DNA from: Sporopachydermia quercuum | Lineage: Eukaryota | DNA: 64,000 bases | Direction of reading: 5' to 3' | Assembly (NCBI GenBank): GCA_001599295.1 | Contig: BCGN01000010.1 | Location: 186,001 to 250,000, forward strand | In this document: positions 36,306 through 48,673 of the stretch, one piece after another | Position numbering within the stretch: the first letter of the stretch is position 1 | Layout: each line of letters opens with the position of its first letter | The notes under the pieces: model-generated | What the model was told of the DNA's origin: nothing | Database searches by the model: none | What the model saw: only the letters and a program-made list of their open reading frames with translations | Program-made: the position numbers and the translations under genes

Positions 36306-36671
36306 ATGTCAGGACATAGACAACAAAGGGTGATGGTTCCACCCATCAATGTTATTTTTAAATACCTTCAACAACAGGCTTCAGTTCAGATATGGCTTTA
36401 TGAACAAGTAGGCAGCAAGCTTGAAGGAACCATCAGAGTAAGTAGTTGGCAGATGTGACTTCACTATGAATCAGAGATGGTTCGGAGGCAGTCATATGGA
36501 TGAATATCATTAGGAATCCACTCTAACCATTGATAGGGATTTGATGAGTTTATGAATATTGTGTTAGATGATGCTGTNGAAGTTGACGTCAATAAGAATA
36601 CTAGAATAAGACTAGGAAGATTACTCCTGAAAGGTGATAATATCACTCTGATTTCCAGTTTGGAAGCGTGA
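36306..36671 (+). CDS. SME1: Sm core protein E; exons 36306-36437, 36537-36671 (88 aa); not in the ORF track
   Basis: MVPPINVIFKYLQQ..IWLYEQ..GTIR|GFDEFMNIVLDDA.EV..LGRLLLKGDNITLI; intron GTAAGT..CTCTAAC..TAG; divergent from MTR10 as in S. cerevisiae. Confidence 0.95.
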
Positions 36672-36959
36672 TAGACTTTTGAAGAGTTTGGTTTGATAGT
36701 TGGAAGTTACAAGCTGGTAGCTAATACTTTTAGATGTAATATAAGGCTTAATACATGATTTTATTAGATGAGAAATGTTTCTGTTATGTTTCTATAAATT
36801 GGGCAGCATAAAATGATATGGGAAGATAAAAGAATGATAAAAGAACCAATAAGAAAAGTCAGAAAAAACCATCTTATTGCATACAAAGCTCAGGACTCTT
36901 ACATTTTATTCAGTATTGATCATTATCGTAACCTCTTCCTTCAGAAGACGTTGTATAAC

Positions 36960-38123
36960 CTATACAGCGAATCTCACATGCTTGACTTGCTTTGTTGATA
37001 TGTCATTACTATTACTATCATCTGTTGAGGCATCAAGATTATAAGTATGCAGATCCTCGCTATCATGAATAAAGTTTTTATCATTATCGTCATCAATCTC
37101 CATATCAACATCCTTATCAGTTTCTTGATCCCTGATTGAATTATCCACCTCAGCTGAACCACCTTTCAGCTTCTGTTGATATTTCTGATCTTTCAATTGA
37201 TTCAATCTGTATTTTCTCATCTGNCAATCTTTTTGTTTCATTATAAAATACCATTGAATCAGCGACCTTTCATTACTTGTTGGATACCTTGTTTTGAAAA
37301 CATTAGCTTTGTCCTTGAACAGTGGAGTATCACACAATGACCCAGCTTCGTTAAATAGGTATGGCCATTCTGGTTTTACTGATTGAAGTGCCCACTGAAA
37401 TGCCTGCCGCTGCCGTAATTCTTTTTTATTGGACCATGCCGATGATTTGAACTTATCCTTGGAGACAGCGCCTGTGGTTTTCCAGCTGTTAGATCCTGTT
37501 CTTGATATTCGTTTGTTCAATGGTTTACTTGCACTGGATACACTCCCAAGATCTTCCAAACAATCTAAAGGTTCCCCTTCAGATCTGACCTGTTTAGCCG
37601 CCTGTAGAAATCTTTGGAGATCTTTTCTTGCGTTTGAATGTTGTTTGTAGTANAATTTCACCATTGCAATTCTGTATTCTGGCAACAATTCTGATGCAAG
37701 TTTCGATAGCAGACCTATAAACTCTTCTAATTCTTTTGCCAGTATGTCATTTTGACTTCGAAAGAACTTTTTATCTTCCTCAGTTAAAAAATTGTCATTT
37801 TCTTGCTCTCTCAAATTTTCTATCCGTAGATACTCTAAATTTCTTTTCTCTTGTACTTCCANTTGTTTCAATGTCTCTGTAAAAGTATCAGGATCTTGTC
37901 TTATAATTTGCTCCAGTTGATTAAGCTCATCTCTCTCAGACTCAGCCAGCTCTGTTTGACTGTTATCTAGAGAGAGTCTGTCAATCTTAGTGGACACCTC
38001 TTCTATAGTTTCTTCATCGTGCTGTAGATTTGTTAAGTCTGGGCTTGGAAGCATATTGTCTTTTGGGAGCTCATCGTCAGCATCATATAGCTCGTTTGGA
38101 GGAAACGACATAAGTTGAGACAT
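36960..38123 (-). CDS. Uncharacterised 387-aa protein with acidic/coiled-coil N-half and C-terminal KHVRF motif
   Basis: Long ATG-initiated ORF with A-rich start context; family not recognised. Confidence 0.75.
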   Translation of the reverse strand: MSQLMSFPPNELYDADDELPKDNMLPSPDLTNLQHDEETIEEVSTKIDRLSLDNSQTELAESERDELNQLEQIIRQDPDTFTETLKQXEVQEKRNLEYLRIENLREQENDNFLTEEDKKFFRSQNDILAKELEEFIGLLSKLASELLPEYRIAMVKXYYKQHSNARKDLQRFLQAAKQVRSEGEPLDCLEDLGSVSSASKPLNKRISRTGSNSWKTTGAVSKDKFKSSAWSNKKELRQRQAFQWALQSVKPEWPYLFNEAGSLCDTPLFKDKANVFKTRYPTSNERSLIQWYFIMKQKDXQMRKYRLNQLKDQKYQQKLKGGSAEVDNSIRDQETDKDVDMEIDDDNDKNFIHDSEDLHTYNLDASTDDSNSNDISTKQVKHVRFAV

Positions 38124-39254
38124 TTTTTTGGTCGCAAATAGAAAATAAATTGTCTAATCGGTAATCTGGCCACAAAATTCTGTAAATTATTTATTTCTTC
38201 TCTCGCTGAAATGTTTCCAGTAGAATGCGCTGAGTTCTTCTTCAAGCTTTCTTGTTGGTTGAATGCTCTTTCTTATGACGTTCAAGGTCTATTCCTCTTC
38301 CTCTGCATTAATTGTTGTCTTTCTTTGGTAGTAGTTCATTCACTCAAAACTTTCAAAATTGTAATTGACTACATGTCAAATGGTGATATGTTAAATCTTT
38401 GCTCTATAATAGTGAATGAGATTGTTGCTGGCTGTTAACAAGAATGCTACTCCTTCTTCTATACTCATTCGAAGAACTAATTTCTTGTAAAGCAGGAAAA
38501 GACACCCTTCAACTTTTAATTCTTTGGTCTGATTTCCAGTTCTCTTTATGGTTTATGGTGTGTGATTTAAGCAGGTATATAGTTAAAATATTGTCTTCCT
38601 GTTAATCTACTTCGGTGAAATGAGTGATAAAGGATCATACATTCAGCTTATCTCATGGTCTGTCTGAGAAAGGTTATCAGAACGGAGAAGATAAAGAGGT
38701 TACTTCGGACATGGTTCATAATACCTGACAAAGTTCTGGCATTGAATTTAGTGTAATCAAGCTAGGATAATGGAAATTCTGGTCCAATTATGAAATTCAT
38801 TCAGCTTTTTATGATAGCTTGAGTAATTGTTTAGGATCCAATTCTTAGTGAAATTTATTTGGCTTGTCTTACAATCTCATCATCAATTTCATCGTTTTCA
38901 TCTTATATTCCAATCTCAGTTATGTCTTAGTAATGTGAGACGAGATATGATGATTTGTCTCTCTGGTTCTGACAAAAAAGGACACTTGACAAGAAATTCC
39001 GGAAACAATAGTAATTGTCACATTCTCCATTCACATTACAAATAAGGAGAAATAATTACTGGACGGTCTAGTCTCATCACATAATTTTGCTATCGCTTCT
39101 TCAAACAACATCCCACTTATCAGTTCGTCAATTACTTCATTGTCTAGGAAAGTATTTAACGAAGTCTGTTCATGCCTTTTCTTTACATAACTGCAATCTA
39201 ATTGTCTCACTTTGGTAACATCTGGTAAACCTATAAACGAACAGTACATTCAAG

Positions 39255-40162
39255 ATGAGACCCACTTACATCAGAGCTGGCTTCTTATCGAAGTTCACTA
39301 AATGTAAGTTAAGCAATTGATTTGCCAATTGATGAATCATTCAAGTTTTGTTATTATTCTATCGGAGAATAGTAGGGAATAGTAGAGTATAGAATACAAA
39401 CGGCTCTTGTTTTTACACTCGTCTATCTGGTTTGAAAGATGATTTTGAAAGATCTTTTGATTCTTCCATCCGACTAGAATTATCACTAACATACACTTAG
39501 CACTAAGACCCCCTGTTCTGCCCAATGAAATAACAGTTCTAGATTTCAAAAGACCAAACGAAATAGACAAATTAGTTTCTGGATGCGATCAAGATATTGG
39601 AGGTTATAGCACTGTTGATTTATCGGTTGATACAAAGNAAAATGCTTTGAAGTTTTCTGGTGTGTTGAACCTTGATACTCCTGTGGCTAAACCGGAGGTT
39701 CAGTTTTCAGGTTATTCAATGTTCAGAACAAGGAAACAAAAGACTGCTACCACTTTCTTTGGCAAAGATTCCTATTGGGACTGGAATAATTTGACACATG
39801 TTGCATTAAAGGTGAAAGGAGACAAAAGGAAGTATTTCGTCAATATTCAGGCGGAATCACCATTGCCACAAGATGTATATCAGCACAGATTGTTTCTACA
39901 TAACCCTGGGGAATGGGAAATTGTTATGATTCCACTTAATGATTTTGTGTTGACAAACTTTGGACTTATACAGGAACAACAAGGAATAGATAAATCACGG
40001 GTTAAGACAATTGGAATAGGTCTTTTGGATAAGAAGTATGGACCTTATTGCTTGTACATTGATTGGATTAAAGTGCTGGTCGGGGAACCACTAAAAGAAA
40101 AAATAAAGGAAGCACATGAACCTTCGCTTGGGCAAGGGGAGATTGTTCCTGAGAGCTTATGA
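39255..40162 (+). CDS. CIA30: Complex I assembly factor CIA30/NDUFAF1 family; exons 39255-39303, 39501-40162 (236 aa)
   Basis: Presequence-like exon 1 MRPTYIRAGFLSKFTK; intron GTAAGT..CACTAAC..TAG; CDQDIGGYS, FSGYSMFRT, KVKGDKRKYFVNIQ, DVYQHRLF, GPYCLYIDWI. Confidence 0.88.
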
Positions 40163-42375
40163 TTGGTATTATGCTTGAGTTATGAACAAGTTTCTACTAG
40201 GACCAAGTCATGTAATGATTTGAGGATCATCAATAAAAGGGTGTAATCTTAATTACCACAAATAGCAAATATCCTTTCATAAATTGAATTCAAATTTGGC
40301 CTAAATAAATACTATTAATTTTCTTAAATTTTGTTCTTTTGTGACATGATTTTAACATTAAAATGTCATTTGGGACCTTTCTAAAGCATTGATGAGCTTT
40401 ACTCTAGCAAATAAAAATAAAAATAACAAAAACTATCTCAATTGAGTAATTGAATTTATACATATGCTATGCTTTGAAATTAGTTAGGGTTTGAAAACAT
40501 GCATAGTCAAGCATGATTAAACTTTAACTGCGTAATCTTAATAATTGACATAACAGAAAATGTATGATCAATACCATCAAATTTTCTTGTTGTATCTTTA
40601 GGATTAGATAAATCTATTAGCTTTGCGTGCTAGAGTATCCTCAGAGTATTGCTTCTCTTCCTCATGTCTGTTGTGGTTTCAACAATTAATGCGAGAACTC
40701 AACAAGTTAGTAGTAATGGGGATTTCCAGATGCAAGATTATGCAGCTCTATATAATAACCAATAATTAACTAAGGAACAGATTTAAGTAGCATATGCTTA
40801 AACATTATTCATATTTGAAAAGAAGTACCGAATGACTTTATTTGATATAATTGAATGAATTTCTTTCTATCATTTGATAATATTTTGAGTAGTGTCTATG
40901 GATACATAGTGCAACATACGAGCAAGGGCTCATTTATTTTTTTTTAACTGTAGATTCAGTTGTTGCATGAGGCTTTGATGGAACATCAACATCAAAGCCT
41001 ACCCCTAAAATGAAAATGCTCCACGATTGAATGAATGGTCCCCCACATACCTCCCAGGCTAATAACTTTGAATTTGGGCGAGGCCTTTTATCATATCGTT
41101 GCCTCAAAGCTTCATATCTCTAGTCATGCTTTTCGGAGGTGGGAACTTCAATTTTAAAAAGGTCTTTGAGTATTACATCCAACAATCCGTTTTCCCGTCA
41201 ATGTTCCAATAAGAGCTACCATCTTTCGAGAAAGATCTAGTATTCTCCAGATTTTGAGTTATTATTACAGCGAAGCGTGTTCTCCAGTCAAGTACCTCCT
41301 TTTCGGGTTGCAGCCACTTCCAAAAGTACATTATTTCACCCGATTAATTTTGTATAGATACTCTTGCCGGACTTGCTGGTTTATGACTTCCAGAAGCAAA
41401 CCTCCAAACTCCAAATCAAGGCCATAGTGGGCGTATGTTCTCTTTCATATTTCTTTCATATGTTACTTCCTCAACTATCTTTTGATAGGATGTTCTGAAG
41501 AGTTGCTAACGAATTTTGACCAGAAGGAGATGAATGTCTTTTGCTAATATCATCGATTGTTTCCCGAAGGGGCGACGATAAATACGTAGAAGGAAAGTCA
41601 CTAATATTCATAACAGCTAACCTGATTTTGATTTTATATCCGTTTCTTCACATGATTCTCTCCAAGATCGGGCGAACAAATTGATGTTCGATTAGATTCA
41701 ATTTGGGTGCCACCTTGTTTATTTAAATAATAAAGGTCGGCTACATTGATGCTTTTTTCTAGATCAATCGCTCCATCTACTATGCCGTTTCCTGATACTA
41801 CTCAATAAGCGACACATCAAAAATAAAGAACTATGAGATTTATATCATCTAGCTCAAATGGTTTATAAAACATCTGACTCAAGACTTCTATAAATCACTC
41901 CCTGTTTATTTACAGCACCTCTTTGATCCAGTTCTCTAGTATAGACGGCATTCAGGTAGTATTAAACCTTAATTTAATATCTCCGTTCTAATTTTCAAAC
42001 CTTAACCTTAAGCGGAAAAGGATTCTCAATACAAACCTTAAATAGAAGCCGTGCGTGTATGTCTGCTTTTCTTTTCTTTCGATTCGTTTGGTATCATCAT
42101 CTCTTCTTCTTTGCTTTGAAACTGTTTATTTTGTTTAATCATTTTAGTCAAGGCGCAAGCCGGGCAACTAAATACTTTGGTAGTTAGGTCATAGGTAGTT
42201 GAAATAGAATATTCCCGGTGACATTGTTAACATTGAAAACTGCTACTGGAGGTAGGAGAGAGTTTACTGGAGCGTCTCTTAACCTGTCCACAAAACTGAT
42301 ACTGCCCATAGCAATTTCAATCAAGAGCTCAGAATCCAGCTTATAAGTCAAGCAGGGAAATAGGGATATTCGAAT

Positions 42376-44100
42376 ATGACATCAAGGTAAGTGTTAAATT
42401 TGTTAATTTGCAGTTTTTTAAGGCCCTAGCGGTAATTCCAAGTTGAGCATTTGTAGTGTTTAGGTGTACAATCAGGAAGGGCCCTATTATATATATTATG
42501 TCGGTTGTTAGTGGAGAATTGGAACTAACCATACCCATCTACTTCTTAGATATCGCGTGGAGTGTAAGTTACACCAGAGTGTCAATTATATATTTGGAAT
42601 TATATGGATTTATACCTTTTATTAAGCATTCTTGAGAATCATGAATTTTTAGAAAATTGAATAGAGTCTAACATTGGCATTTCTATCAGATCAATTGAAG
42701 ACCCATCGTCGTGATGAGTTAATTGAATGGATTAAAGGCCTTTTGGCTGTACCATTTGTTCTCCATGCAGTGAGAACACCTTCAAGAGCAGGTGAAGAAG
42801 CGAGAGTGTCAGGAGATGCCAGAAGACGTTATGCTGAGATTTTCTTCGATTTAGAAAGAATGATTGAGGAGCAAAGTAAGTAGATGATGCCATTAGACTG
42901 AGGTGACGGACGAAATATTTATAGTTCTGCTGAGAATGATAGACAGATTGTGTTATTTACAGCTTGGCTTTCATTATCAGCCGTTAATCAATTGATTGAA
43001 GACTCTTTACTGTCAATAATTATATGCTTATCTTTGCTTATCTTATATTAACATATGTAGTTCACATTGACAGGGTTGGAGCTCCGGCAGAATCCTCAAG
43101 ACTTCGTCAGTTAGTTCCAAGCGTTGGGAGATTCTTTACCCCCTTACCTTTGGAAAGGGCCTTTTACGTTGTAGATGAAAGAAGATCAATCTCTCTAAGA
43201 AGACTCGTTGCTCCTAGTTTTAATGATATCAGAATCATACTTAATATGGCCCAAGTAATGGCTTTATCTAAGGGAGATTTGAAACTAGTTACATTTGATG
43301 GTGATGTTACTCTATACGAAGATGGACAGTCGTTAGTTCAAGACAGTTTAGTGATTCCAATGCTGTTGGAGTTACTGAAACGTGGTATTTTCATTGGAAT
43401 TGTTACTGCTGCAGGCTATTCTGAGAAAACGGGCGAGAAGTATGAACAAAGACTGTCTGGATTGCTTGAGGCTGTCAATGAATCAATCCTGCTTTCGGAT
43501 GAAGAAAAACGTCATCTTTTAATAATGGGAGGGGAATCCAACTTTCTATTCCAATTTGATGCGGAAACGGGGTCTCTCAAATGGATAGAATCTGAAGAAT
43601 GGAATTTGGATGAAGTTAAAGCATGGCAAGAAGAAGACATAAAGACCGTGCTGGATATAGGAGAACTAACGCTATCAACATTGCAGAAGAAATTGGGCTT
43701 ACCTGCGAAAGTGATCCGAAAAGAAAGAGCGGTTGGAATCGTTCCTAATCCTGGTGAAAGATTGTGTAGAGAACAGCTGGAAGAATTGGTTCTTAGTTGT
43801 CAAAGAAGACTTGATATGTCGAAAGCAGCCAATAATATTTGGTTCTGCGCTTTCAATGGCGGAGCAGACGTTTGGGTTGATATTGGCGACAAATGTTTAG
43901 GTGTTAAATCGTTGCAAAGATTTCTTGGTGGTATAAATCAGAGTGAGACATTACATATTGGCGATCAATTTGCATCAATGGGAGCAAACGATTTCAAGGC
44001 CAGATTAGCTGCAAACACTGTATGGATTGCGAATCCACAAGAGACGGTTGATGTATTGAATGATCTATTAACTTACATTGATGAGAAGGACGATTTCTGA
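42376..44100 (+). CDS. ISN1: IMP-specific 5'-nucleotidase; exons 42376-42386, 42550-42563, 42690-42875, 43061-44100 (416 aa)
   Basis: Splicing rebuilds MTSRYRVEYQLKTHRRDELIEWIKGLLAVPFVLH; HAD motif LVTFDGDVTLY, FNGGADVWVDIGDK, HIGDQF, NDFKAR. Confidence 0.95.
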
Positions 44101-45989
44101 AGGGCAAAGAATGCACGATGGCTTACAGCTAAAGTTACTAATTGAATGTTGGCAGAGCGGTCATAAGCTGTGAGAGCTTGAATCAAATACGTAATAGAGA
44201 GTGAATGAAAACAATGAAAAAATTATCAAAAGTTGTTGATTAGGTGAATTTACTATTGTTGATAGGAAAGTCGTTGATTGGTAGTTCAGATAGAACGAAG
44301 TAAATGTAAATAATAAATAGCTTGGCTATTCAGTTATAGAATTTAGCATTTGACGGTAACCTTCGATTCTTACTGAGTTGATAGACTTAAAATTGCACTC
44401 AATTGATAATTAAAAACATGAGAATAATTGCTTATCATTCACTAGTTCAATAATAGAAAGCGAATAAAGATATTGACTCGACTTATTCACAATAATTAGG
44501 AATCAATTGAGTTGAGATTTGAGGCCCGGAAATAATAAGGTTCTAGCTTAATTTTAAGTTACGAGACTATGCATATGATGTCGAAACTTATTTTGTAAAA
44601 AAGCATCTCTAGATGTTATCAATATTACTGTAGTTTCTCATCTAAATCTTATCCCATCAATGAATACCAAAGATAGTATTTCTTGTAGAAACTGATTCAG
44701 TTATGTTTTTTTCTATTTCAATCTTAATGCATCTTCATTTGCTTTCCTTTAGAATATTAGACTATTATTCCCATAATCAGGGATTCTAATACTTTCTAAT
44801 CTTTATCCGGCTCAAACCGCGACTATTGCAAAATCCGTAGTCCGGATTGAATTTTTGTATTTATCGCCACGTGATACTCCGGATTATGTTGTCCTGATGG
44901 CAATCAACATTATTCATTCTTTTATAAAAGAATTGAATTTTCTACTTGGTTTTATTTTTATGTATTGACATATCGTTGCTACCTGCTTGAAATAAACGTC
45001 TAAAATTCCACCCATATTGCCTCCACTATAACTAGTTGTCTGCTGTTCCCTTTGATTCATCTCGCATCAGCTTATCATACTGTGGAAAATCGACAATCCC
45101 TACAAGCTAAAGACTAGAGGTCTTTGAGTTTCATTAATTGACCACCAAAAAATATATTTGGATTCTATTAGAAACTGTTTATACTTTATCTGTAATAATA
45201 TCATAGTATATACTATCAATAATTCAATAATCAGCTTTCAGCTCATCTATGTTCATCTCGGTCTCAGTCTCTCTCTCAAACACATACAGCTTATTCCCAG
45301 TCATTAAGTATTTTACTTTTTTACTACCTTTTGAAACTTATCCAATCTTATATATCTTGCCCTAAATATCTTAATAGCAAACATATTTAAGAACTGCCCT
45401 TTCCTCATATCATCATATGAACAAAAACAAAGTCATCACCGCTTCCTCCATTCACTCGTTCTTTCAACCCTTTCCCCTACCGTCCACTACCGTCCACTGT
45501 CACTCATCCCAACTATTCCCGTTTTCGTTGCATGTCACGTTTTCTTATACCGAGCAAACATCTTTAGTTGGTTCTACCTTTTTTCCTTATCGGAGGCTAG
45601 CAAAGTACTAAGAAGATTTGCCATTTAATATCATGGTAAGATTATATTCTTATATAGAAAGAATAAATTTTTTTTGCTTTTAATAGTTGAGTTGAATAAC
45701 TTGAATTAACCGAACTAAAATATCATAGAGCGCTTTAATATTGATAGAAAAAACAATTGCTGAATTGCTTTGGTTCTGTGGTAAGAGAAATCATAGGAAC
45801 AAAGGAAGGATAAGGAGAGGAATAAACTGATAAAGAATAGAAGAAAGAGAAACAAACAATTATCGGGCCATTGAGTACATTATCTATTCATTGGAATATC
45901 CGAATAGCTGATTATTTGTCTTACCGGCAGGAGTTATACTATTTGCAAATAAAAGCAACAAACCTGTTACTTTTTATTTACATAATAAG

Positions 45990-47188
45990 ATGTTTAGTTT
46001 GCTTTTCTCCACTGCGAGGTAAGTTATGTTAAGGATCAGATTATAAGGAAAATGTATACTGAATGAATATAAGAAGAATTTAGAAAAAACAAGCTAAGAC
46101 AAAGAAGAAATTTATGTTTCATTCAATGAGTTACATTGACTTTCATTCGCTAAACTGCGGTACTTTCATTCAGTATTCATTTTCTCAGTTCGATGTATTA
46201 CAACTTAACTAACAAGCAAACTAGTGTTCTCGTCTCGTTTATATTCCCAACTTATGCCTCAGTGAAAGCAATCGAGTCAAACGATCTACAACTTTTGAGA
46301 CCATGGATAAGATACTGGATAACTTACAGTACATTCATGCTATTTGAATCCTATGATTTTCTCCTATACAAGGTAATTCCTTTATACTCAATTCTACGAT
46401 TTGGATTTCTAACATGGATGATTCTTCCTCAAACTAAAGGCAGCGAAGTGCTGTTTATGAAATATATATCCCCATTTGCTTATAAGCACGAAAACAACAT
46501 GGAATTGTTGATACACCGTATCAACAGGGAAAATGGATATAAAGTATGGGATGAACTGATTGCTTGGCTCAAGTACACATTGTCTTTACAAACCGGTGAT
46601 AGAGAAGGTGTCAAGTCTAGAGGTAAAAAAGTCAATAAGTATGGAGATTTGAGCAAGAAAGGATCGTCAAATCCTGTTGTATCTGGTTCTGGAGATTCGT
46701 ATTCACGTAGACAATATGCTGCAAGTGTCCTTCTGATGTTCCGTGATAATAACGATAACAATTCTGCTGCGATCAACAGGACAAGCTCATTTGTCTCAAG
46801 CATATGGAACACGCTACATTCCCAAGGGTCCACACGTCCAGGCCCACTACAGGTAGCAAATGATCATCCAAGTAGTAGCAATAGCAGTAGTAGAGTGTCT
46901 AGTGGTGCTTTCACTGTTAATACACCTGCAACTAATAATGGGGCTGGGGGAACAGCTCCGGATAGAAGGATTCAATCCACTTCAAGCCTGAGTAGTAAAT
47001 TCAGGAACTTCTCATCTAATTTACATGATGATGACTTCGGTGATTATGAAGAGTATGATTTAGTAAAGAAAGATGAAATTGACAATGTTGATGCAGATGA
47101 ATATTCCGCTTTGATGTCACCTGGTAAGAAACAGATTAGAAAGTCTTATTCGTCCTCTTGGTTTAGTTGGAAAGGTAAGAATGAGTAA
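45990..47188 (+). CDS. ATG40: REEP/TB2-DP1-HVA22 family ER protein, probable ER-phagy receptor Atg40 orthologue; exons 45990-46018, 46225-47188 (330 aa)
   Basis: FIFPTYASVKAIE, WIRYW, IPLYSILRFGFLTWMILPQTKGS; long disordered tail with acidic YDLV Atg8-interacting-type motif; near RPB2 like YOR152C; intron GTAAGT..AACTAAC..TAG. Confidence 0.7.
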
Positions 47189-47768
47189 GCATGTGAAAGG
47201 ATGTCAGTAAGAAAAGAGAGTAAGATACAAGACTGCAGAGTTTTGATTACCTTGCAACTGATGAAAACTGCTCTGGCAGTTGCAGACTAGCTAGAGGTTG
47301 TACTTGGATGTTACTGAAAGATTCTTATATATCTTAGTAGTAGCAATCAACAATTATAACTTCTGCTTTCACTTCTGTTCGCGAGATATCTTTATTTTTT
47401 TGTTCAGTGAAATATACTGTAATGAATATATGGGAAATTGGGTCAATTGGTTTGGTTCGGGTTCATGCTTACATGACTATTTTTATTGGCATTGTTTATT
47501 TATATTTTATATGGTTATAAGGAATGAAATCTTCATGTTTGTCTGTCATGTAATGAAATGTTAATTGTGATATAACGATAGTTTTGTAAATTAATAACTT
47601 GTACGAATAAAACATGATTTGATTGAAACTGTTTTGTTTAAACTATGTACAAAGGTAACAAGTCAATCAACCAAACATGCAGTAAAATATATGTTTGTTT
47701 GTTAAGTGTAAAGGAGAAAAACGGATAATCTCCAACGCTATTCAATTGTTGTCAATCGTATCAAGCAG

Positions 47769-48632
47769 TTAATAGTCAAGCTTCAAATACTTAGAAACAA
47801 CTTCTCCTTTTTCTCTTCTTGTATGTCTTATCTTCGCTCTCTTCACTTTGTTAGCTAGACGTCGACCAGGAAACTTAGGGATAAATGGAGTTGCGACTGG
47901 TGCATGAGGACCTAAAATTCCGCCAAATGATGAAGGTGGTTTCAGTACATCTGAACCGAGTCTTCTGTTGACATCCTCAGAGTATTTTTGCAGCTCCTTC
48001 ATCAAACCATGACCCCATGCGTCTTTATTTTCTGGCGACTCGGGCCAGATGAAAGGCTGTTCCATATCTATAGTCATTTTCTTTACTTGTTGTTCACGAT
48101 ATCGAGGTCCTCTTGGATCTTCCCTTGTCCATTTTCTATGTAATAACTGAGTGGTGACGTTCAAAGCTCGCAGACCATAAACATGCCAGAGGTAATCTCT
48201 TAAATCCAGTTTATTGAATGATAGAGGAACGACAAACTTGGCTTGGTAAGGTGTATGTTTGGCATTTGGACGTAATAAGATAATTCTTGCGTTTGGGAAG
48301 TATACTTGCTTTTCACCAATGGTGAAATGAGCTTCTCCTTCTTCAATTGCTTTTGTTCTCTTTTCTAATAGTTTTTGAGCAAGTGTCTTGACGGGATTAT
48401 TCTTGGCCGCTGCCGTTAAATCAGTACGGTTCTTTTTCAGCCTGTTAAAAACAGATCTAGGTAATTTTGATCTTGGAGATTCGGGATAGAGCTTTTCTAA
48501 TTCTTCATCGTTCTCTAAAACTTTTTCCGGAACACCTCCAACCATTCCTGGTTTAATTGTAGCCAAAGATCTCACTTGAGTCTTCGCTGAGAGAAGCATT
48601 TTCCCGGCGGCTTTGCTCAGCAATCTAGGCAT
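47769..48632 (-). CDS. MRP20: Mitochondrial large-subunit ribosomal protein uL23m
   Basis: YFPNARIILLRPNAKHTPYQAKFVVPLSFNKLDLRDYLWHVYGL, KKMTIDMEQPFIWPE. Confidence 0.93.
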   Translation of the reverse strand: MPRLLSKAAGKMLLSAKTQVRSLATIKPGMVGGVPEKVLENDEELEKLYPESPRSKLPRSVFNRLKKNRTDLTAAAKNNPVKTLAQKLLEKRTKAIEEGEAHFTIGEKQVYFPNARIILLRPNAKHTPYQAKFVVPLSFNKLDLRDYLWHVYGLRALNVTTQLLHRKWTREDPRGPRYREQQVKKMTIDMEQPFIWPESPENKDAWGHGLMKELQKYSEDVNRRLGSDVLKPPSSFGGILGPHAPVATPFIPKFPGRRLANKVKRAKIRHTRREKGEVVSKYLKLDY

Positions 48633-48673
48633 TGTGATGTCAAATCTATAGTATGTTGAAGATGTCAGAGCGA

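Noticed and set aside
42153..42164. GCGCAAGCCGGG resembling the 3' end of tRNA-Gly(CCC)
   Set aside because: Only 12 nt; no T-loop or cloverleaf. No convincing tRNA was found anywhere in the window.
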